Assembly (NCBI GenBank): GCA_951406725.2
Contig: OX597815.1
Span: forward strand, 120,466,001-120,530,000
DNA: 64,000 nt
Origin: Octopus vulgaris
Taxonomy: Eukaryota
Direction of reading: 5' to 3'
How positions within the stretch are numbered: the first letter of the stretch is position 1; each line of letters begins with the position of its first letter. The position numbers and the translations under genes were made by a program. Below, piece by piece: positions 40,188-51,262 of this stretch. Below the pieces are notes generated by a model, which had not been told where the DNA came from, searched no databases, and saw only the letters and a list, made by a program, of their open reading frames with translations.

Positions 40188-40945
40188 AGCTAATGTGATA
40201 AAAAATGGAGCTGACCCAAAATGCCGATTCTGTAACGATGAGACTGAAACAATAGACCACCTAATCTCAGGGTCTAGACTCTAGACTCTAGAGTGTTAGC
40301 ACCGGCAGAGTATAAAGCAAGACATGACAGAGTCGGCCAGTATTTACATTGGACAATATGTCGGCATTATAAAATCAAAACCTCTGACAAATGGTATAAA
40401 CACCATCCTGAAGCTGTGACTGAGGGAGAAAATGTGTCGATTCTATGGGACTTCCTCGTACAGACCGACAAAACTATAAAAGCTAATAAACCGGATATCA
40501 TTCTAAAAGATCAAACAAAAAAGATGTGTTTATTAATTGACATGAGTATTCCTTGCGATCACAATATAGCGGCGAAAGAATTTGACAAGATTAGTAAATA
40601 TAAAGATTTGCTAATAGAAATTGAAAAAAATGTGGCATCTCAAGGCAACTACAGTACCAGTGATTGTAGGATCTCTAGGAATAATAAAAAAAGGTACTGA
40701 AACCTATTTGAAAATGATTCCAGGCTTACCATCCCTACAGGAAGTGCAAAAAATCGTGTTAACTGGAACGGCTCATGTACTGAGAAGAGCATTATCGCTG
40801 TGAAAAACAACATCCATCCATGAATTTATTTATTTATTAATTTTTAAATACATATTTTACCTGTGAATTTGCGCGTGTAATCTGGGAATGCATGGAAAAC
40901 ACTCGGCGAGAAATGGAAGAAAATTTGAAGAAAAAAGGAAAAAAC

Positions 40946-41012
<67 letters not shown>

Positions 41013-41094
41013 ACTTCCAACTTGTTGTCTCTCGAGGTCTCTGGATGAGACTTGGAGCCAACATGTACAAATGTAAAGCAAAAGTCAAACATAA

Positions 41095-41095
<1 letters not shown>
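40188..41095 (+). mobile_element. 5'-truncated R4/Dong-like LINE (CCHC finger + restriction-like endonuclease) in (AAT)n
   Basis: KCRFCNDETETIDHLISG, EYKARHDRV, ILWDF.VQTD..IKANKPDI, LLIDMSIP, KISKYKDL, frameshift, MWHLKATTVPVIVGSLG...HVLRRAL*; (AAT)n at both ends. Confidence 0.9.
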
Positions 41096-41133
<38 letters not shown>

Positions 41134-41135
<2 letters not shown>

Positions 41136-41414
41136 CTCTGGAAACATGGGTGGTTCTTTCAACATCCTTAAACAACCCTTATTCAGGGACCGTTTGAGCG
41201 GGATGGGCTACTCAACCTGAAGAAAATTCTAACTGGGCCCCACCTGCAAGGTCATGTGCTGTTTATTTTGATATGAGATCACCATGTCGCGCACATATGG
41301 TTGTGATGCATGTGCCTGGTGTACCTTTATCAGACGGGTAGTCATGATGGGTATATTGGGCTTCGTATATTTTACCCCAGTGTCACTTTGATGGCATGAA
41401 CTGCTCTCTCACTC
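41134..41414 (+). mobile_element. Element E, 5'-truncated (copy 3)
   Basis: Starts ACCTCTGGAAACATGGG after (AAT)n; intact 3' end. Confidence 0.9.
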
Positions 41415-41448
41415 AATAATAATAATAATAATGATAATGATAATAATG

Positions 41449-41530
<82 letters not shown>

Positions 41531-41532
<2 letters not shown>

Positions 41533-42086
41533 GCCCTGATGCAGTACCAGGCAGAGGCTCTCATGGCTTCTGATCTTAACTGATTGGGAGTGTTATCATG
41601 TACATTGTTCTGTCTTGGTATAAAAGATGGGCTACAGCAAATATTCTGCTCAATACCACAGATTTGCTTGTCAGTTGTTTGACTTTAACCAGTTGAGCAT
41701 GTCCCTTAGTGGCTGACGATATGTGCATCTCTGATCACGAACAGAAGTAGTGGGGGAGCATCATAGCCATGTGTTGAGAGGGATTCTTTGGGGTTTGAAT
41801 AATTCACCTCTGGAGACATGGGTGGGTTTTTCAACATCCTTAAACAACCCTTATTCAGGGACCGTTTGAGCGGGATGGGCTACTCAACCTGAAGAAAATT
41901 CTAACTGGGCCCCACCTGCAAGGTCATGTGCAGTTTATCTTGATATGAGATCACCATGCCGCGCACATATGGTTGTGATGCATGTGCCTGGTATGCCCTT
42001 ATCAGACGGGTAGTCATGATGGGTATATTGGGCTTCGTATATTTTACCCCAGTGTCACTTTGATGGCATGAACTGCTCTCTCACTC
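41531..42086 (+). mobile_element. Element E, full length (copy 4)
   Basis: ATGCCCTGATGCAGTACCAGGCAG...CTGCTCTCTCACTC, (AAT)n flanks. Confidence 0.9.
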
Positions 42087-42194
<108 letters not shown>

Positions 42195-42199
42195 AAAAC

Positions 42200-42413
42200 T
42201 GCCCTGATGCAATACCAGGCAGTGACTCTCATGGCTTCTGATCTTAACTGATTGGAAGTGTAATCATGTACATTGTTTTGTCTTGGTATAAAAAAGATGG
42301 GCTGCAGCAAATATTCTACTCAATACCACAGATTTGCTTGTCAGTTACTTGACCTTAACCAGTTGAGCATGTCTCTTAATGGATGATGTTATGTGCATCT
42401 CTGATCACGAGCA
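42200..42413 (+). mobile_element. Element E, 5' part only (copy 5), fused to Tx1
   Basis: Stops at TCTCTGATCACGAGCA. Confidence 0.85.
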
Positions 42414-44779
42414 ATGATCCAAGTGTCGGAAGAACTCCGGCTGCCCCGCTGTAGTCGGTGCGTACACTCCGACTAATCTAAAAGCACTGCCTTCGTTATC
42501 GTTCACGTCCAGGACCACCAAATTACCTTCCAGGTCCAGGAAAACCGACCGTATCTCGAGATCCAGGCCTTTTCTGAACAACACTGCCACCCCACTCCTA
42601 TTCCCTATCGCCTAAGAAATGCGAACATCTCAAAGTCATCGAAAATGGGAGCCAAGGCTCGTGTGTCCACGATCCTGGTCTCACTAACGGCTATTACATC
42701 TAGACTTAGCCACCTGAGGTCGTTGCGCAAGAGTCTTTATTACCACACACAACAACCCAGGCACCCTACTTTAAGAACTGCCATGCTGGGCAGGAAGTAA
42801 GGAAAAGAAAAAGGGAGTGTCACTTACTCTCCTGGTGCTGTATGTGGTTCTCTCACTCTGTCTGTTTTGTTGAGTTCCTCTGGAAACCCCCCTTAAAAGC
42901 CATCTACTGGCCGTTACACTGGTATATCCAGTGTCATACGGGTAGCTCTGCTCAATGCTCGTATAAGTCTCTAATGTAATTCGCACCATCATTAGGTTCT
43001 CCGGTACTCTAAAAGTGTTGGGGCTGCAGATCACCCTCTCTGCTTCAATGCTTTTGTTTTCTGCTATGAGAGCCATCATCCTCACTTGCAGGAAGTTTCG
43101 CTGCTGCACGAATGGTTGTTGTTGTTGTAGTAACATTTTTCTTCTTAAAGTTTGTAGTATTTTTGATTCAGTTGAGGGTGTTTGTGATGGTGCTGGTGAT
43201 TGTGATGCTTGTAGTGTTGGTGTTGTCATCAGTGTGTCTGTGTTTGGCATTTCTTGGATTTCTCCCTTTTTCTGTGTCTCTTTCTTTATTTTTTTCTTTT
43301 TTTTTTTTCCTTTTGGACTTCTCCCTCATCATCACTTCGTTGGGTGGATGAGTCAGTGTCTTGTATGTTTTCTTCCCGTGTTGTTTGTTCTGGTTCTCTT
43401 GTAGTAGTTGTAGTTGTTGCTCCTGCTAGTGTAGCTTCTTCCACTGTTATTGGTGCTACTCCCATTGCCACCTTCACAAGGAGACAAACACCTGCATTTT
43501 TGTCTCCTTGTGTTCAATTTCTGTTTCAATTCCCCCGCCTTTCTGTTGTTGTTGTTGTTTTTGTCGATACGTGGGTTGTGATGCTTTCGTTTGGACATTT
43601 CTTCTTGCCCTTCTGTTCTGGTTCTGTGAGCAGAAAAACCGTAAGTGGCCCGTTGAACCACCATCGTGACACCTCAGCCTTTTGCCCTCCACGTTCACCC
43701 TTGGTTCTACTCCATTCGAGAGGGAAATCAAATCTGGGACTTTCTCTAACTGTTCTGGCTTTACGTGGAGAAAAACCTCCAAGGTAGTTCCAACTCAATT
43801 CTCCCTCCTCGATCTTTTAACATCCAGGAGATTCTCTCCTCCGTCCGTACGAATACAGGCGAGAATCCACCATAAATCCAGGTCTGATGGGACTCCAGGT
43901 ACCGTAATTCGTATCGCCCTTCTTCCCATGTATGTTGAGAAGAGGGTGATTTCCTCGCTGCGACGCGTGGTCACCGAGCTCTGTATCGCCTGCTCCTCGG
44001 TCTTAAAAATGACCTCTACTCCGCCGCATTGCCTCTCTCTCTCGCAATGTGGTGGATATCTTGCCACATGCCTTTCAAGGCTTCTCCCACCTGGTTGCGT
44101 TTAGCGTTTTCCTGCTTCCTTGTCTTTGTGTTCACACACATGTAGATAACTGTCCGTTTGGCTATTCTTACAAGCATGTCGCTTGGAGGCATTAGTTCTG
44201 CCCTCCCTCCATTCATTTTCATATATTTTGCTGCCTTGTTTAGTTTTTCTATTTTGTTCTCCAATGAGATGTTAAGCAATTCTTTAGCTGCCACGATATT
44301 TACAAATGTCTCTTTGCCGCTGCTTTTTGTTAGACTCTTCGTAATTGTTGTCAATGTTGCTCTTCGTGCTACTACAATTTCCATGTAATGAGGAAGACTT
44401 TACTGCTTCCTTCCTTTCCCCTTCTTTCTGCTTTTTATCTTCTTTCTTCTTTTCTTGACTCTTCACTTCCTGACTCTTCACTTCCTGACTCTTCACTTCC
44501 TGATTCTTCACTTTCTGACTCTTCTTCTTTCTGTCTTTCTTTCTTTCTTTTCTTCCTGCTATCTACTGCCAATCATGGTGGGGAGGACGGGGAAGTCCTC
44601 GTGCAAACTGCCGTACTACCTTCCTTCCTTCCTCACTCCGGCTTTTCGTCCCCACCCCCAGAAGGGCAGCTGGCTTGCAAAACGATTTAAACAACAAAAT
44701 ACAGTATAGAGCCTTTTAAAACAAGTGAATTAGTCATAAACTTACAGCGTTCCAAAAGCACACCTCCAGCTATGGCGAC
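42414..44779 (-). mobile_element. Tx1/L1-like LINE 5' half: disrupted ORF1 + start of APE endonuclease
   Basis: APE motifs DVIAVSETR, VAVLFRKG, EGNLVVLDV, FRLVGVYAP; ORF1 with degenerate zinc knuckle CHDGGSTGHLRFFC, TYMGRRAIRITV and 15-bp KSQEV repeats. Confidence 0.85.
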
Positions 44780-44816
44780 AATAATAATAATAATAATAAT
44801 AATAATAGTAATAATA

Positions 44817-45372
44817 ATGCCCTGATGCAGTACCAGGCAGTGGCTCTCATGGCTTCTGATCTTAACTGATTGGAAGTGTTATCATGTACATTGTTTTGTC
44901 TTGGTATAAAAGATGGGCTACAGCAAATATTCTGCTCAATACCACAGATTTGCTTGTCAGTTGTTTGACCTTAACCAGTTGAGCATGTCCCTTAGTGGCT
45001 GACGATATGTGCATCTCTGATCACGAGCAGAAGTAGTGGGGGAGCATCATAGCCATGTGTTGAGAGGGATTCTTTGGGGTTTGAATAATTCACCTCTGGA
45101 AACATGGGTGGTTTTTTCAACATCCTTAAACAACCCTTATTCAGGGACCTTTTGAGCGGGATGGGCTACTCAACCTGAAGAAAATTCTAACTGGGCCCCA
45201 CCTGCAAGGTCATGTGCTGTTTATCTTGATATGAAATCACCATGTCGCGCACATATGGTTGTGATGCATGTGCCTGGTGTACCTTTATCAGACGGGTAGT
45301 CATGATGGGTATATTGGGCTTCGTATATTTTACCCCAGTGTCACTTTGATGGCATGCACTCCTCTCTCACTC
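44817..45372 (+). mobile_element. Element E, full length (copy 6)
   Basis: Near-identical to 41531-42086. Confidence 0.9.
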
Positions 45373-45419
45373 AATAATAATAATAATAATAGTAGTAGTA
45401 GTAGTAGTAGTAGTAGTAA

Positions 45420-45466
<47 letters not shown>

Positions 45467-45946
45467 ATAATAATAATCTTTTCTACTCATGAGGCGAGGG
45501 GTTAGTCAATTACATCGATCCATGTGCTTAGCTGGTATTTATTTTATCGACCCTGAATTGATGGAAGGCCAAGCTGACCATTAATAACTGCATCGAGATA
45601 TTAACAGTGCATGTGGATTCAGAGTAACAAAACAGAGGTATGTATACAAGTTGATACAGTGTAGGAAGAAATTGTAACGTCAGTTATTATCTCACGTTAC
45701 GTTTGTAGTTTTTCAACTAACGATTTTTCACCACACTCGCTTTAGCTATAATGGATCACAGAACCTACAGGCGAGTATTTACGTGCTTGCTCGATGAACA
45801 AATGATAGCATCAAAATCTCTCTTAAATCGTACCCTATGACCTTGCTAAAAGAACACAGACACCTTTAATAACATTGTCTTATATTATTTTGAAAAGAAA
45901 ATAGTTAAACGTAAGAATAAACCCAGGTTAATCATAAAGTGCCTAC

Positions 45947-46139
45947 GCGCATTTCACCATTATGATTGTTTGGAGCCCTGCGATAGATGTTCCAAATGCA
46001 TATAGATGCTCAACCATAATGGGTCCCCAAAGAACACTTTATTGTATCAAGTGTTCTCCGAGGATCCGTTCTAGCTGAGCATCAAAATGCTCTTGGAGTT
46101 CCTATTGCAGGGCCCCAGTTATAATGATGAAACGCTCGC
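45947..46139. repeat. Imperfect fold-back (old MITE-like)
   Basis: GCCCTGCGATAG/CTATTGCAGGGC, GATGCTCA/TGAGCATC, AGAACACTT/AAGTGTTCT. Confidence 0.7.
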
Positions 46140-46158
46140 TGGAGCATTAATATAAACT

Positions 46159-46214
46159 TATTATTTCTTTATTGCCCACAAGGGGCTAAACATAGAGGGA
46201 ACAAACAAGGACAA
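46159..46214 (-). mobile_element. 56-bp LINE 3' tip with 14-bp TSD
   Basis: CATTAATATAAACT at 46145-46158 and 46215-46228; insert resembles the 786-830 end (CTTTATTGC..A.AAGGG...AACATAGAGGG). Confidence 0.75.
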
Positions 46215-46360
46215 CATTAATATAAACTAGTGTTTATCTTTATATTTCCAACATTTGTTCTGTAAGTTATCACTGGTAATACTAGTCGGTAGTAATTAAT
46301 TAACAACTATACAGAGATTAAACTGGATTACGAAAGTCTACGTAACAGTAGCAGTCATAT

Positions 46361-46760
46361 ACTCTTTACTCTTTTACTCTTTTACTTGTTTCATGCTGGA
46401 GCACCACCTTTAGCCGAGCAAATCGACCCCAGGACTTATTCTTTGTAAGCCTAGTACTTATTCATTCGGTCTCTTTTGCCGAAGCGCTAAGTTACGGGGA
46501 CGTAAACACACCAGCATCAGTTGTCAAGCGATGTTGGGGGATAAACACAGACACATAAACATACATACACACAAACATATATATGTATGCATATATACGA
46601 CGGGCTTCTTTCAGTTTCCGTCTACCAAATCCACTCACAAGGATTTGGTCGGCCCGAGGCTATAGTAGAAGACACTTGCCCAAGGTGCCACGCAGTGGGA
46701 CTGAACCCGGAACTATGTGGCTGGTAAGCAAGCTACTTACCACACAGCCACTCCTACGCC
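46361..46760 (-). mobile_element. SINE family A, near full length
   Basis: Tail through head present. Confidence 0.9.
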
Positions 46761-46784
46761 TATATCTTGTACTTCTTTTCATAT

Positions 46785-47172
46785 CTTTTACTTGTTTCAG
46801 TCATTAGACTGCGGCCATACTGGGGTACTGTCTTGAAGAAGTTTTTAGTCGAATGAGTCGACCCCATTACTTAATGATTTTTTTTTGCTAAGCCTCGAAC
46901 TTATTCTATGAGTTCTCTTTTTGTCGAACTACTAAGTTATGGGGGCGTAAGCACCGGCTGCCAAGTGGTGGTTCCTCTCTCTCTCTCTGTCTCACACACA
47001 CACACACACACACGCACACATATATACGACGGGCATTTTCTACTTTCCGTCTACCAAATTCACTCACAAGACTTTAGTGGTCCTGAAGCTATAGTAGGTG
47101 CCACGCAGTGGGACTGAACCTAGAAGCATATGGTTGGAAACGAAGCTTCTTACCACACAGCCAAGCCTCCGT
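46785..47172 (-). mobile_element. SINE family A, diverged
   Basis: Tail through head present. Confidence 0.8.
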
Positions 47173-47714
47173 CTATATCTATTTCTGCACATAATTTCTA
47201 CTCTAAAAAGAAAATACCAAGATGGTCGCAGATGGAACCATAGTTTGTTTTTATCATAAGTCTTCCAGACTGGACTGACTTGGATTAGACAACAACAGTA
47301 AAAATATTTTTAGGTCAAACCTATAAATAGTAGGATTACTGTGTAATTAATAAATGTTTCATTAGCCAATTGACCTGGAAAAGGATAATGGGAAACCATT
47401 CCAGTTCTGTCCTTTGGCGTAGATTCCTCAATTATCTCGGTTCACTTCACTGTCTAATTTGATCGTTGATTCTGTTGTTCAATCTGTGAATACTGGGTGG
47501 TGTCTAGCAATTGGAGTCGCCCCCACAGTTACTGGAATTGTGTGAAAGCTTAATTTCGACGCCCTTCTAAACATAATTTTTTTTTACAAGGAGGAATAAT
47601 ACAACAAATGTAGAAATAAAGTGTTTATAACAATATAGACGCTAAAGAGAGCATTTCAAACACAGCATCGAAGTTTTAAACTTTTTTTGTTAATATAACT
47701 AGGAGAGAGGGAGG

Positions 47715-47781
<67 letters not shown>

Positions 47782-47926
47782 ACACTACTTGTCAATATTC
47801 TGAACACATTTGTATTACAAAAACTTTATGGGTTGATGTTTTGATGACAGTTCGAAGGTTTGTATTAATTTCCTTTTGATATAACAAATATTTTCATGAA
47901 AAATTAAGAAATGTGAACAAAAGAAT

Positions 47927-48048
47927 GGCGGAGGTAAAGAATACGTACACCATCCGTTTTCGGCGTAACAAGAACCCTAACCCTAATCCTAACCCTAAAC
48001 TCTACTCCCAACCCTAAACACAGGGTGTGCGTATTCTTTACTTTCGCC
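47927..48048. mobile_element. MITE with 25-bp TIRs and internal (CCCTAA)n, Merlin-like
   Basis: GGCGGAGGTAAAGAATACGTACACC / GGTGTGCGTATTCTTTACTTTCGCC; 8-bp flanks AAAAGAAT vs CAAAGGAT. Confidence 0.65.
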
Positions 48049-49557
48049 CAAAGGATCATATGTAAAAGAAACAGATTTAACTAAAACAATTTTTCTCGAC
48101 TCTAAATGTTTCTATAGCAATGTCTATATCATTTTTAGGTTGCAAAATGTTCGAATAATTTCACTTTTTTATTTTTTTTTTGTCTGTTACATGGATGAAA
48201 GTAAATGTTTCCATAAGCTTCAGTTTACTAAAGTTTCTCTTCTCCATTGCCACAGTTACAGATGAATGCATGGCGCTCCAAGCAAATGCCTAAGACCCTG
48301 GTACCTTTAACTGGCTCTGGCAACAAACCATCCGACATTAACGTAAACTTCCGCTGAAACACATTACTATGGGAATATCTTATTGTTTTATTTATATTCA
48401 AAGAAATGAAAGGCGACGTCCTTGGTCTCAATAAATAGTTGGTTGCGAAATACTTTCCGTTGAATCAACGATTTTTTTCGCATATGATGTTGTTAACGGT
48501 TAAATGCATAAGTTTTATTAATCCTTCAATGGAGATAGAAAAAAAATTCCATTATTTCACACGCATCTGAATGCTAAACAATTACACGCGCATACTTACT
48601 CATGAATTTCTCACACAAATTGTTCATAAAATCCAACTGGTACATATATAAATTTCATTAATATTCATACTATTATGATATTTCAAACAACAAAGAAATA
48701 TTTCCCAACGTTAACATAGAAACAACGAAAAATATTAAAACTACCAACATCATATTTTTGTAAAATATTACAGTAAAAAATATGCAGAAATCACAAATGA
48801 ATGAAGTCAAAAAATATTTGGCGTATCATTTTCATCAGGTTGTCTGTCATGGGCGTGAGCGAAACATACGTCATTTAACTGCCATAGGCACTACCTGCAA
48901 AAGGAAATGACATGGTAGATATATGATTACTTTGTCACGACAAAAAATACGAAGTCGAGACACATAAAACTATAGATAACTTTCCAGATGACGAATCTGT
49001 GATTCAATTTCGAGTTTTTGCTGAAGTTAAATCATTTTACTTATGTCACGAGAGTTTCTAATTAAGAAGGAAACGACATGCGATCATAAGCATCTTTCCA
49101 AAGAATTTATTCCTGTAAAGAAGGGGAACAAGAAATGTAGAGGAGACTGAATTACTAATTGTGACACCCTCACTTCATTTAGATTGTTAATATTCTTGAC
49201 AAAGCGTGAATGTTTCACGATATTATTTTCTGTTTACTTATAAATCTGAAACATAACGAAGGAAATATCAGAATACATTAATTTATCAATGGAATTTATG
49301 CCAATAACTAGCAATTTTGCTATTACCAGTTTATTCTTTTAATTAACTACCTGTAGTTATTTTCTTACACGAACACGTGGCTATCACTTTGATGGGTAAT
49401 TAGTAACTGAAGAGTTAGCTCACCGGGAACTAATCTCTTATAGTACTGGGTTCGCCACAAACTGAATAAACAAAATATTTGTGATTGACACTTGGTTGCA
49501 TATTGATGAAGGCAGAGTGTAGTTGACTTACTCCGGTTCAAGGTTTTTCTTTTTATA

Positions 49558-50008
49558 AGGCGGTGGAGCTGGCAGAATCATTACCGCGCCAGACAAAATA
49601 GCAGAATTTCTTTCGACTTTACGTTCTAAGTTCAAATGCCACCGTGTCAACTTTACCTTTCATCCTTTCTCCTGCGATGAAATTAATACCAGTTGAAAAC
49701 TGGGGTTGATGTAATCGACTTAACCCCTTCCCCGAAATTGCTGGCCTTGTACCAAAATTTGAAGCCAATATATTTTCTGTTACTTATTTTATAGGCAGCG
49801 AGCCGGCAGAATCGTTAATGCGTTGACCAAACTATTTAGAACTGTCTTTCTTCTGGCTCTTTACGTCCTGGGTTCAAATTCCACCGAGGTTGGCTTTGCT
49901 TGTCATCATTTTGAGGTTAATAAAATAAGTACCAGTCCAGCCCTGGGGTCAATGTGATCAACTCGCACTCTCCCTTTAAAACTGTTGGCTTTGTACCAAA
50001 AATTGAAA
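49558..50008 (+). mobile_element. Two tandem SINE family B copies
   Basis: 49558-49768 and 49793-50008, each GGC..GAGC.GGCAGAATC ... TTGTACCAAAA. Confidence 0.85.
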
Positions 50009-50023
50009 GAATTATTTTATTTA

Positions 50024-50331
<308 letters not shown>

Positions 50332-50514
50332 TCTGTATATAAAGTATCTGTCGTATGTGCGATCGAATACCACCAGTTTGCAAACTCGCTTCGAAATCAC
50401 GTAGTTCCGGATTCGCACTTTCTGCGTGACATCTTGGGCATGTATCATTTTCTATAGCCTCGGGTTGACCTATGAGTGGACAGAAACTGTATAGAAGCTC
50501 GTCGATTGGACTGT

Positions 50515-50650
50515 AGGTTTAATTCAAAAGAAACAGCCTTGTCATACACACACTGTCACGATGATTCTGCTTGAGAATTATATTAAGGGTTCGCATGTCA
50601 GTGGAATGCTCGGTTACACGTTAATTCAGGAGCAAGGATTCAGTGGATCA
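50515..50650 (+). mobile_element. SINE family C, 3' fragment
   Basis: CCTTGTCA...CTGTCACG...GAGAATTATATTAAGGGT...GTGGAATGCTC similar to 60340-60470. Confidence 0.6.
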
Positions 50651-50736
50651 TATTACTGAATCTTCATTGTCGAACGACGGGTAAAAGCACGACAACAACA
50701 ACAACATCATCACCACCGTCATCGTCGTCGTCGTCG

Positions 50737-50799
<63 letters not shown>

Positions 50800-51175
50800 G
50801 CAACAACAACAGCACCACTATTGCCATTGCCACGATATCTGCGCATTGCAGAGATCGACGGGTATGTGTTCTATGGGGTTTGTGTAAGTATGCGTGTGCA
50901 CATGTATGTATGTATGTTTGTATGATGTGTGTGTGTGTGTGTGTGTGTGCTTGTGATCAGCGTGTATATCATTTGTGTATGAATGAATAAAACGAAAGGA
51001 AAAACTAGAAACTTTGTGAAACAAAGAAACGATAAAATATGTATGTGTGAATATACACGACGGTTAGACACGGCGATCATGTATGCGTGAATACATATAT
51101 ATATATATGCAAACACACATACATGTGTGTGTGTATGTATGCATGTATATAAATATATATGTATATGTATGTATG

Positions 51176-51262
<87 letters not shown>

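Noticed and set aside
41531-41600. HDV-like ribozyme at the 5' end of element E
   Set aside because: Could not build the nested double pseudoknot by eye; only a short hairpin.
47965-48018. True telomere
   Set aside because: Short, degenerate and enclosed by TIRs.
48228-48431. Non-repetitive 67-aa ORF / GCGGAAGT motif
   Set aside because: Nothing beyond chance to support exon or promoter.
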